DNA of 64,000 nucleotides from the NCBI GenBank assembly GCA_965645245.1, contig OZ287074.1, positions 930,001 through 994,000 on the forward strand. The letters are read 5' to 3'. Under the pieces are notes generated by a model. It was not told where the DNA came from and made no database searches. It saw only the letters and a program-made list of their open reading frames with translations. Of the stretch, positions 1 through 11,895 are shown piece after piece. This stretch comes from Massalongia carnosa. Taxonomy: Eukaryota. Every line of letters starts with the position of its first letter. The stretch's first letter is position 1. Made by a program: the position numbers and the translations under genes.

Positions 1-1283
1 GCCAACTTTGTTCCCCTGGGAACCAGGAGATTTGTCCCACCAAGAGCCGGACGTGCTCCAGTCTGCAATATCCGTGGAGATTATTCTTGCGTCGAAGAAG
101 AAGGGCTTGCTGACGGATCTATTGCCTGATCCAGGCTACTTTCTCGCCGGTGGCGTCGCGGGTGTCGTATCTCGAACTGCAACTGCCCCTTTAGATCGTC
201 TCAAAGTCTACCTTATCGCGCAGATCGGGAGCAAGGAGGAAACGGTGCAGTCGCTTAAGGAAGGGGCACCGCTGCAGGCTGCTAAAAAGGCATCACGCCC
301 GCTGGTCGATGCAGGAAGAGCCTTATGGCGTATGGGAGGGATCCGGAGTCTTTTCGCCGGTAAACTAGTCTGGCAGTAATGGTGTGTCGTGCTGATTCTT
401 TGGTAGGCAACGGGCTTAACGTGATAAAAGTCATGCCTGAATCGGCGATAAAGTTCGGCTCCTATGAGGTACTGAGATTGTTTCGCTCTGCTGATGATAG
501 CTAACGTAAGCTACAGGGCTCCAAAACAGCATTAGCCAAACTTGAAGGGCATGGGAATCCCAAAAATCTCAAACCATGGTCTCAATTCTTTGCTGCCGGC
601 ATGGGGGGCATGATATCTCAGTCAGCTTGATCGCTCGTTACCCTTGGGTAATAAGCGCAATACTCTAACCTACTACTAGATTCTGTATATATCCTCTCGA
701 CACACTCAAATTGTATATCTCTTGAGCAATTCTTTCTTCGAATCAATCGACTAACCTTTCTAGCCGCATGCAATGCGAAACCGTTGAAGGCGGCCTCCAC
801 GGCAACGCGCTCATCCTTGCTACCGCCCGTAAGATGTGGCGCACGACGGGCATCCGCTCCTTCTATCGCGGCCTCCCCATGGGTCTTATTGGCATGTTTC
901 CCTACAGCGCTATCGACCTCACCACTTTCGAGTATCTTAAGCAGTTCATCACGCACCGCAATGCCGTGGCTCGACACTGTCACGAGGAAGATGCCAGCCC
1001 TGGGAATGTTATGACGGCCGGGATGGGCGCGGTCAGCGGCGCTATGGGCGCTAGTATCGTTTACCCCATTAATGTACTTCGGACTAGGCTGCAGAGCCAG
1101 GGAACGGCAACCCATCCACCTGTTTATACGGGGATGTGGGACGTCACAGTGAAGACGGTCAAAGGAGAGGGGATTCGAGGTCTGTTCAAAGGGATCACGC
1201 CAAATCTTCTAAAAGTGGTGCCCGCTGTCTCGATAACTTACGTCGTGTACGACAACTCAAAGCGAGTGCTCGGGCTGAATTAA
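1..1283 (+). CDS. SAL1: Mitochondrial carrier, Ca2+-binding ATP-Mg/Pi (SAL1/SCaMC) type; 5' part lies outside the window
   Basis: Three carrier repeats with PX[D/E]XX[K/R]-like signatures (TAPLDRLK, VYPLDTLKFRMQ across exons, VYPINVLRTRLQ) and the GNGLNVIKVMPESAIKF motif. Introns at about 360-406, 469-516, 621-679 and 713-762; stop at 1281-1283. Confidence 0.85.
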
Positions 1284-2079
1284 AATATCTACAGCGACGC
1301 GCTTCGTTGCTCCCGATTCCGTAGCTTCATTTAGGAAGAAAATCTGACGCCGAGGACGATATCACGAAGGATGGATAGTTCGCGCGAGGTTCGTTGTCGC
1401 ATTGATTGGCGGCGCAATATTTATTGAGTTCCCGACTAACACTTGATTCCTCCGCTCAGGACAGAGACATCAATATGTCACCAATTCAACCCATGTGCTT
1501 TGGAGGATTTTGTGTTTAGGCGGCTGGGCTGGGCTAGTTAAGGCTACATGGGTCGGGCTGGATGACGAAAGGCAGGAACGGGAACACGAAACGGTTTCTG
1601 TTGCTTCCATCGACTTATATTTTTAAGCGGAGATACCCGGCGCACACGCGCGCCTTTTTCAATAAATTAAAATTAAAAAAATTTTCTTTTCAGAATCTTT
1701 TCTTCCTCTCTGTTTCAATTCACACTCTCGACAATGAGAAATAATTTTTCGGAGAAAGACAGCTAGCCAAGACTATTGCGGTGCACATAACGAGCCCGGT
1801 CCGAGATGCGTATTTGATTTTCCAGCCAGAAGCATTGTGTTGAAATAGGTATATGACTATGGCTATATGGCTATGTAATAATAAAGGTATGTATGACCGT
1901 GATGTTAAGGATGAAGAGTTGCTATGCAGCAATCTTTTCCTATTACTGGTCACCCTTCTAAGCGAGGTGATCTTATCTTATCTTGGGACTAAGCCTAATG
2001 CGGCATCTACGGTTTCCGTAGATCATCTGTCAATCTAGGGCAGCCGTAGGTGCTATGTTCATTGAATTGATAGGTGTTC

Positions 2080-4605
2080 ATTGTGCTGGTAGGAATTGGA
2101 TATTCAACACATTGCTTGCGACAACGCCGGTAGAGTGAGGATTCTTCGGGGCGGAGGTCATATTCGAAGCGCCCAGCATAGTTGGTAACTAATCTTCTCT
2201 TTCAACGAGTACCCAGGCCATGCCGCTCTAAGAAGGAATTGAGACTTTAACGTGTGGCCGTTGCATTTTGGGCGTTGATGATGTTTTTAAAATAAAAAGA
2301 GATGCTTACCACAAGATGCCATTGGATGTGGCAATGAAGTAATCATGCGCTAGGATTGTCAGTGATGTACCTATTCTTGGGTCAGCTGCACTTCGAATAA
2401 ATTCGTGATACTATATTGAAGATGTCCACAAGACTGATCGAATCGCAAGCCAACCAAATATTGGCAGGTCTGTTGTGTCCCTGTAAGGAGGGTCGTGAAT
2501 ATCGATCATGGTTGAAGGGGCGACATCTACGGAAGAGTATGGGAATTTTCTGCTTCTGGAGCCCAAAACCCAGAACTTGTGGTCGTGGAGGTGGATAAGG
2601 GTGGCCCATCTTGAAATCGTTAGTAACCAAGGCCCTGGAAATGCAGCGAGTAGCGATAAGAAGGACTTACCTTATCCATAGAATCATCCGCAACTGTCAT
2701 AATAATGTCAATTGTTGAATTAGAAGGCAAATGGAGTGTTGTATTTGTGTTCCATCCATCGGATGAATTTCCATAGAGAACCGGTGTTGAAGCCTTGGTG
2801 TATGGGTTACCATTCATCACCCAAGTCACGATACCCGTCTAGCTGATGTTGAAAGCTTTGGTCATATCTGCTATCCCCAATAGTGGCGAGTTCTTTTGAG
2901 CGGTTGCAAAGATTAGTGTCGACGCGTTCATGATAGCCGACCCATTCTTGAGCATCAAAACCGACGCTGAGTAGTCCCGTGCTTCGATTGTACGTTTAGA
3001 CATTGTGTGATTCATCTAAACTATCAGAGTCTATCCAAGACAACATTCTACGTGACTCATACCTTGTAAGACAAAATGGCTTGGCCTTCCAGGACTTGTT
3101 GCATATCACCGGTTGGATACGATGCGAATCGAAGATAATAGTCGCCAGGTGGCTGGTTCAGCTTTATCATTACTGAATAGCGTTGGCCGATAGATATGCA
3201 GAGTACCTTTCTACGTTAACCCAGGCCAGACAAGATTGTTAGACGGTTTGTAACTGACCTTGACTTCTTGTAAGGTAACATATAGACCGTCAGCAGCATA
3301 GATGTATATGGAGTGTGCAACGAGCGATACAGCCAATTTGCTAACCGCACCCGAGTTAACGAGGTTGAGAGCTAACCATCCTTGCATGCAATTCCCCCGA
3401 ATTTTCAACAAGGACGACGTTGTGTCTGCGCATGTTGCTGGGGGAGTGAGCTAACATTGTAGCCTGGTTTGAACATCATTGGTGGATTACAGCCGCGTGG
3501 ATCCAATGAACCCATTTCAGGTGTGCTTGACATTGACCCCATACTCGACATCGATGAGGTTGAGATCATCTGCATGGATGGAACCCTCCATCGTCGACAT
3601 CCCCTTCAGCGTCATATCGGCGTACATGCTCGATTCGCCTATGTCCATTGTTTGATCATTCCCGTCATGTTAGTAGACTTCTGGAAAGATCCGCTGCCTC
3701 CGGAAGGTGGAGAATCGAGTCCTAGACCTGTTCCTGCTTGGAGGATGTAGTTAGAAAGATATTTAACTCGTCTAAATCCATTTGCTAGAGTAATATAGAC
3801 ATAATGTGGAAACGCGCCTGTTTTGAAGTAACGCGAGCAGATCATCTCCGAAAGATCGTGGGTCCAATCATTCAGCAGGACAGGAGGGACGTCCAATTAA
3901 GCTTGAAAGAGCTTCGCCAGATCATCGCTGTTTTGCGCAAGTTATGTAAATGGCCGAGGACGCGTTCGTGATGGGTGTATCATTAACGCGCCTCGAATCA
4001 CATCGTCGTAGTAGGCTCGAAAGTGGGAATGGTACCAGTAGAAGCTATATTCGCTTCCGACAGAAATTTATAGTTGAAGTTGCCCCCCCGGGAACGATGG
4101 GATACTATTCTATGTCAGATGGTATGTATTAACTTACCAATGCACATGATCGCTAACCTGTGTTACCCCGGAGACTCCATCCATCTCGGGAATTCCACGT
4201 TGAAGAAGGCCTAGTATCAAATGGTTAGTATTAACTTCGTGACAGATTGAATACTTGTTAAGGGAAAGAAATCTCCACGAAGATAAAACATCGGGTTACT
4301 TGCCGTGCCAATGAATCGTATTCTTCACGAAGACCTTAAGGTCGTATCCTTCGTCGATTTCTATCAACGGGCCAGGCTGTTGGCTATTGACGAGATACGC
4401 TTCTCGGGGAAAGCCGTCTACAAAGCATTAGCAATATCCCATCTCCAGCGCGAAAGAGATCGATGCTTGAAGACGCAAATAGTACGCATTTACCAGGAGC
4501 TTTCGTGCCACTTTGAAGAGTAAAACCGTGAGTACGAAACGCTGCTTCAGAAAGTCTGCTCGTGACCAACGACAGTACAACAAGAATGAACAAAGATGAA
4601 ACCAT
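2080..4605 (-). pseudogene. Laccase-like multicopper oxidase (AA1), disabled
   Basis: Signal peptide MVSSLFILVVLSLV. All four Cu motifs are readable: TIHWHG (~4304-4320), WYHSH (~4023-4038), HP-IHLHDH (~2580-2604, +1 frameshift, G>D) and HCHIQWH (~2316-2336). In-frame stops at 2343-2345 (NPSA*, W expected) and 2839-2841. The 3' end is uncertain and may extend to ~1720. Confidence 0.85.
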
Positions 4606-5139
4606 GATAGATTTTGCGCTTACTTAAGAGTTTGGTAAAGTGAGAAGATGAGTTGGAGAAATTGTCGTAGCTGTTTCCATTTCATACTCCCTCATTCGAG
4701 TTATTTTGGCGTATTTAAGAATTGTGTTAAAGCCGGCAACCAAAACTGAATGCCGAAATCGTCTGACAAAGCAGCCAAACTAAACTGAGTACATCTACAG
4801 AGTACTCTGTACAGAGTACCTCGATAGCAAAACTCTACGTCGATGACAAATTTATATGAAAGCAAAACAATTACATCGAACAAGATCATCGACAAAATGA
4901 AAAAAAATACTTCTGGAATAAAGGACAAAAAAACATACACATATGAGCGATTTCTTTTACACTGTGATAAGATGATCGAGAGCATCGTCAAACTATATGA
5001 GTACTGAGTTATTCACGATTACTATGTAATACATGACGATTATAATGCGATGAATCAATTAAAGCTGCTGTTGAAACGTTATCGTTGTTTCTTATGTTTC
5101 GATTACCTATTTCTACTTATCATCTATTCATCGAATTCG

Positions 5140-7728
5140 TCAATAATACCCCCCACCTGGCGGCGGCGGCGGCTGCTGGTGCGGCGCTCCATAAGATCCC
5201 TGTTTCTGGTGCTGCAGGGGCGCGTCTGGGTCGTAGCCATGCGGTGGTTGCTGGGCACCGTACTCATAGCCCTGCTGCAGTGGGGGATAGGTATCCTGTT
5301 GGGCCGGATAACTCGCTTGTGGAGGGCCGTAGCCGCTTTGCTGAGGGGCTGTGTATCCTTCAAAGGCGGGCGGTGCTTGATTCCATGATGGCGCGGAGGG
5401 TGGGGGCACGTCGTAGTCGGGTTCTTGCTGATGGGACGCGGTCGGCGGATATGAATTGGGGTATTGAGTGCCGTAAAGACTCTGATGGCCCGCTGGGTAT
5501 CCAGCTTCAGGCCCCGCAGGCGGACGCATCTCTGGGTAAGCAGTAGCTGTGCCGTGGTATGCAGCTGGAATATCGCCGACATCACCACCAATATCATCGC
5601 GGCCAACACCCGTGGTATTACGCATCTTCTGGAGCTTTTCCCACGGTGCACCGCTAACCTTGCTGTGGGTGCCTGATCCCAAAAAGTCACTTACTCCGCT
5701 GCCGCCATGGCTGTGTTTTTCCTGATCTCCTCCGATGTGATTCTTGCCATGCCTGACGCTATCGGAGCTGAGTATATGATCAAGGTCAGGGCTGCCATTG
5801 GGGCGTGAGTGTGCCCAACGCTGCACAACGTCGTACATGTTGCGGTGCGCCTCGCAGTGGTTGTCTCGGAGTGCAGGGTGGTGAAAGACGCGGACAACGT
5901 CATCAAGGACTTGGGCGACTGGGATGTCGGGGTGCTGCCATGCGTAGATAACACGTGGAGCGACGTATTGGAGAATGCTAGCTGCGACCTGACCGGCCGG
6001 CTCGTTCAAGATGTTCGAGAAGTGGTCTTTGGAAAGAAGGGAATGGGTTGGGTCCGCGCAGTGGGGATCTGTCCAGGGTTCGTATTGATGTTTGCCGCTT
6101 GCGTCAACAACGGAGGAGCTACCGTTCTTGAGCTGGGCGGATACAGCATTGATGATGGGGCGTACAAAGGGTGCTAATAGAGACAGCACAAACACGGTAA
6201 GTGTTTCCGAAATTTTCTCAACCAAAGCCTCCAAGCCAGGGATCCTCTCAATGGTTGCCGAGATGGCTCGCACGACTTTGTCTCGAAATTCTAAGATAGG
6301 CTGGTTGTAATCGATATCAGCATCTGAACATGTAAACGGTGATGGTGTCCTTTAAACCACTTACATATATTTGGGCAGCAGTCTTGATTGGATCAAAAGT
6401 TGCTGACATCCCTGGTACGCCGGGCCCAGGTGGTCCTCCTGTAGATCCTGGGGGAGCACTGAACCTAGGCTCAGTCCCTGATGTACCATATGCCAGGGGG
6501 TCTTCAGCTGCACTTCGAGTACTCGCCACAACATGCGCTTGGGCATCTGCTTGAGCTTTGAGATACTCTGCTTGCTGGCAGAGGCCGCCAGTTCCGGGAA
6601 TTTGAGAAAGCAAGCCGGTCATATTGGATATATCGGATGCTCCTACCGTTCGCTTTCCAGCAGAGGGTTTAGATTGAGACTGCGCATCCCCAAGTGCAAT
6701 GTCCATTTGGTCAATCTCAGTTTGCGCGAAATGATCAGTAGCTTCTCCTAAGCTTCTTGCCATTAGTTTTGGACAGAACCAAACCACCTCGATTGGTTCG
6801 GACAACATACACGCTGTGTAGGAAATCTACCACCCCAAAAGTTCCAGTGACAAGTGGGAATACATGATGACCTCGTATATTAATCCCAGTAGCAGTTCCA
6901 GTGTGAGCAAAGACATTCTTGTATCCTAATTCCCGGAGTGCAAGTTCCGTGTAATTGGTATGGGCCCCAAAATCCTCCAAACAATGTAGGCCCTGTCCAA
7001 GGCATCTCAAAGCTTCGCATAAGTCCGCCTCTTTCCCACTGGTGCCACTCGCACCACTTGTATAGACTCTGCCGAAATGAATGCTTCTAGAAAGACTGTA
7101 CCTGACGTAGCCGGAACTGGTAGCAATGCCAAGAGAATCGTTGGCGATATAGTTCTTCATCCCCGTTGCGGGGTCAATCTCCAGCTCAATCGGCAGTACT
7201 GGAGGACGCAACCTTGGATCAAACTTCCGTGCATCGATGTTGTCTGCATAATCTTTAGGGTTATCGATGTGTTCTTCAGGCCTGTAGACTCCAAGACGTT
7301 CCTCGGTGACTTCGAATTCGGCAGTGGCGTACCCGAAGCTCAAGAACGACAGCACCCAGACCAAAATCCTTATCGTCCCAGACTGAATAGCTTTCAATGT
7401 GCCCACGTCCAGAGCCTGGCTGTAATCTCGGAGCCAGTTTCCAAAGTAGACTCTCCTGATCATCATCGAGGTCCATTTGTGGCCTTGAAGGAAGGCAACC
7501 GTCTTAAGCATGTCTTCAATATCGCCATGACGCCAGTTATGCCCTTCGATCTTAGAAATTGAAGCTGTGACGCTCTCTCAGCAAGAGCCTGTACCCTTTA
7601 GGGTAGTCTGAGTGAAGCTTGCCTATATTCCCGGCTCCAAAAGCGGCGGTGGGCGAAGCATGGAGTAATAGGGCAAGAACTGATAAAGTCCATAGCCAGA
7701 TCGATAGACCACTCGCAAGCCTAGCCAT
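5140..7728 (-). CDS. Het-C domain protein (heterokaryon incompatibility Het-C / TinC-like) with a P/Q/G/Y-rich C-terminal tail
   Basis: Signal peptide followed by FGAGNIASISKIEGHNWRHGDIED; motifs RVYFGNWLRDYSQA, LGVYRPEEHIDNPKDY, HCLEDFGAHTNY and PTHSLLSKDHFSNILN. Three introns (7565-7622, ~6750-6800, ~6302-6364). Confidence 0.9.
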
Positions 7729-7900
7729 GATGGCGATATTTACGGTGTGGCTTGAAAGGGTTCCGGATAGTGAAACTAGTAAACTGTAAGATTGTCAGAA
7801 CTCCGTACATACAGAGGATGCTTCGCTTAGTTAACTAGCTAGCATGGTTAGCAATGCAAATCACGTGAATTAAAGGTCAGTTACTTGAACAATCTATGTA

Positions 7901-8514
7901 ACCGTGCGACCGAGGTAAATCGAGCTCCGCTCGGGGTGCGGCTCACCTCTATGACGCATTTTTAAAAAATTTCTATCATCTATCATCAACCATTTATTAT
8001 TCAACCACATCATGTCTGATTCGTACAAGAAACAAGAGGCTAACATTGTAAAGGCCTTAGATGCATTTGCAAAGAACACATACAAATCAGCCGCAGCCTG
8101 TGCCAAAGAATTCGATATTTCACCTCGTCTATTTCAAAGAAGACTACATGGATATAGCAAGCGAAAAGCAGTCAGTATGAGGCTGTCTGCTGCACTAGAA
8201 CTAGCCCTGAAGGAGTATATTGAATTTCTTGATGATATTGAATTATCAATGAGACTGATCCAGACAATCGAGACTATATAACTTCGGTCGAATGCATCAA
8301 TGGAGTTGGCGGAAGCGTTCCATCCTTTTTGATTTTGAAAGGGGTCAACATACTTCACAAATGGGCCTTAGAGAATGATTTGAAAGATGATATCGTGTTG
8401 ACTACAAGCGATAGCGGCTATTCGAATGATTGGAGATGATAGCGTCATGGAGGTGAGCCGCACCCCGAGCGGAGCTTGGGGTTCGGTCCATCGGATTTAC
8501 CTCGGTCGCACGGT
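7901..8514 (+). mobile_element. Non-autonomous pogo/Fot1-type DNA transposon (614-bp internal-deletion derivative)
   Basis: Inverted ends ACCGTGCGACCGAGGTAAATC...GATTTACCTCGGTCGCACGGT continuing through the GCTCCGCTCGGGGTGCGGCTCACCTC block. TA on both flanks (7899-7900, 8515-8516). Internal ORF 8012-8281 resembles the HTH N-terminus of pogo transposases (KSAAACAKEFDISPRLFQRRLHG); no DDE domain. Confidence 0.85.
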
Positions 8515-8919
8515 TAACTATTATATACAGCTTCTTCTACCAAATCTAACCTCAGCATCTTCGTTTCTATTCCGAATCCCCTCGGCATACCTAGAAGAGG
8601 AGAAGATTTCCCCCAAATTTTTATTCATAATTCTAATCGCCAACAAAACGTCAATCTCTATAGCAACGCGTATATCGATCACTTCTAGAACGGAACCATT
8701 CAGATGAGAAGGTAGTAAAACCACATCGCCAGATTGCGCGCGCTCGAGAATTTTAGAGTCAAGGAAGAGAGGGCAGGCTTCGTGACCATCTCTGTCTTAG
8801 CGTCCACAGAAGTTGATCTTGTTGGTTGAATTTCAGGGCGTATTGAATAGTTTGGAGGGTAGCTTAGATGATGAGGCAAAATACCGTGCTCAAAGTTGCG
8901 ATTCCCTGCCGTGACGGCA

Positions 8920-11895
8920 TTAGATCAGGACCCGAATTGTAACTGCAACAACTATAATCTTGTAAACTCGGCGACTTCGCAACACCGTACTAGCGCCGCC
9001 TGTAAAGCTAACCGCAAACCTATTTATTCCTAAGAGACGCTGCTGTGGTCGTTACCCCCGGCCCAAACCCTTGCAGAATCAGGCTTCCCAAGTTCACGGT
9101 CTCGGTACTTGTTCTCACGATCACATCAGTTTCTTGAGTGCTAAGTGAGATGCGTGTTCCCGAGACCGTTATGGCTTGGCCTGCCGCTAGCGTTTTTCCA
9201 CTAACGACGAACTCTGAGGCCGCGTTCGCGGTAAAGAGGGAAGACCCAATGCTGATGATGGCTGCAGTTTGAGCTGGCGGATGGGAAAGAAATGAGGTTC
9301 TGCCGCCGATGATCAGGAATTCGCCTGAGGGGCTAGAATTAAGAGCGTAAGGGGTTTGATTAATAGTTATGACATTTCCCCCTTAGGCGCAGAGTCTGGC
9401 GGCCGACGATAAATTCAGATTCTTCATTGGCTGTGTAGATCGACGAGCCTATGGTGGTTACGACTAGACATGCTGGGGTAGGGGGCAAATAAGACGTGCT
9501 GGAACCGGCAACCAAAGCTAAACCTGGCAGACCAGAATAGATTGAATAAGTGGTTCCATCATCCGTAATAGAACTGCCACCGGGCGAAAGCGTGTGCGTG
9601 CCGACTACAAAATGAAAGGCCAAGTCTTCCGTGTAGAGATTTCCATCAAAATTTACAATATTAGGAGACTGGATCTGAGCAACAGGGAGCGCAATTATTG
9701 CGGCTACCAGAGATCTCCAGAGATCAATGCGGTTGTTGCAGGAGGGGCAAGAGCAATAGCCAATACCACTAGTAGTAATTGTCGAGTCACCTGCCTTAAG
9801 GGTCTGACCTCCAACGACATAGTTTGGCGAGGAACCTGCCTTACAGTTTTCCTCTTTATAGTCAAAACCGAAATGTTGTATGGCGTAACGGGTGTGGCGA
9901 ATGGAGCAAGAACATACGGCGTATTATCTATAGCTCTGGCTGAACCCCTAGGGATGAGGGTTTGAGAGGCCGCAACAACATTGGAGAGCGAATCTGCAGT
10001 GTAGGCCTCATTACCTATCTCCAGAACGAGCGGGCTTGGATTTTCTTGGCTCAGCAACATAATAATTTTGCCAGAGATAATTGCCACCACAGAATGGCTT
10101 AATACATAAGGAATATTGTTCATAGTTATCGGAGATTCTCCTGAGGTGAGAGACTGGGAGCCAATGGTATACTCTTTGTCTGAGTTAGCTGCGTATATCA
10201 AATCGCCTATTATAATAGAGAGCGGTAGAGGGAGTTCTTTCACAAAATATTTTGACAATGAGGAGAGCACTTTCCTCGGATCCACTAGTGTACGTTTTTG
10301 GAACACTTCGTTCAGGAGTAATATAGAAAACCGATTGCAAAGTTGCTAAAGGAGGTACAGTCTCTATGAGCCTAGCAGGACTGCCTTTCTATGGGATCTC
10401 ACTGCATTGGTCGGCTTTGGCGCTACCTCTGGAGGCGAATTTTATTAACTTGCTCCGTGAATGGAGTAAGGGGGGTTTGGCTTATCAAATTGTGGTATCC
10501 CAACGGATCTAGTATTAGGAGTAGGGTTAGGTGGTTCAGGTCTATCGACGGAGCTTGGTTGCGGTTGCGGTTGCGGTTGCGGTCCTCCTAGGCCCGAAAT
10601 CTTGACACTGGGATTGTTAAACTAGGGCAGCTGGAGCCTGCTCTAAGGTCGGCTGGGGTTGAGGTGGTAAAAGGAGTTATTCACTTCTACGTTGGCGGAC
10701 GAAATTGGCGCCTCGACTGAAGGAGTAGTAGTAGGCCCTGCTGGCCCCTTGGGAGTCGAGGCCGGAGTTGGTTTCGGGTTGGTTTCGGGTTGGTTTCGGG
10801 TTGGACATAGCAGCGCCTTAAGCAGTTCACTTAAATTATCAGCAGTGTATGTACCAGCGCTTTTCACGGTGGAGTAACCGGTAGCTGTCAACAAAGACAC
10901 TCTCATCTTGACTGAAGGCGCTCCACAGATCCAGCCCCAAAAGCGGGTTTTTACCTCGCGATGTAGGCTAAGGATTTTGGTATTTGAAATGAGATATTGA
11001 TAGGAATCGTCGAGAAAACTATCTGGCGCTCCAGCGAATGGATCATCGTATAGGGAACTGATAGCCTCGATAGCATTTAAACCTCCTGGGTAGGCGCTGT
11101 ACACCGTCGAGTTAAGAGGTACGCTAACTGCTCGCCAACCATCAACGTCAGGCCCCAGCGGAAGGTATGGTGTAAAACCCGATCTGCAGCGCTCAAAATA
11201 CAGTTTCCCAGGCCATCATTTTAATTGGCGTTCCTGGTCCAGAGCTCGAAATCCAAGTATTGGTAGTAAGGCGTGGGGTAGGTGCTGCGTGTGTATTAGC
11301 TTTATTTTGTAGACCACCGCTGCTGGTCTCGATGATTCGCACTTACAGAGTAAACTCATCTGGGTCTATTATCGTTGTTGCAGCAATCAGTGATACGGTG
11401 CCGTAGAGAGCCGAATTGCTCTAGCTAGGTCAAGGGCTTTCGAGACTTGGAAATTGTTGAGCCCTAGAGTTTCCACCTTGAGTGTAGTCAGGTTTGCACG
11501 ACTAGTTTTGATGTTTGTGATTGCGGCTAGACTTCAAGTTAGATGTTCTTAATATGGCATTCGCATCTCTAAACTTGCTGTTGTTGTATTGCGTAACCAC
11601 ATAATGAAACGTGTCTAATGTTAACGGCATGATGGATGTCCACCAAACAAGCTTTGCAATGAAATTTCCAATTAAGACACTAGTCATGCAGTCTATCTGT
11701 GGGCTTGCTGTGGTCGGAACGTTCTCGGCATGGTACGATGAGTTAAAGAATGTAAGGGTAGCTTTCCAATCCAGTTAGCTGAGATTATTACAACGAATAC
11801 TCGTAAAGCTTACGGGATATAGAAGTGGCTATTGGAGATACTTGTGAGCAAACAGCAGCGAAGAAAAACACCGAGGAGCACATATTCCACATTAT
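8920..11895 (-). pseudogene. Degenerate Ser/Thr/Gly-rich secreted or GPI-type surface protein with 'FVVGxQTLxPGGxAIT' repeats
   Basis: Repeat units appear in different frames: FVVGTHTLSPGGSSITDDGTTYS, FIVGRQTLR, YTIGSQSLTSGESPITMNNIPYVL, VVAASQTLIPRGSARAIDNTPYVL, FVVSGKTLAAGQAITVSGTRISL. Pro/Thr linker with a (PQ)n microsatellite at ~10555-10583; hydrophobic C-terminus ending TAA at 8920; many stops and frameshifts. Boundaries are approximate. Confidence 0.6.
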
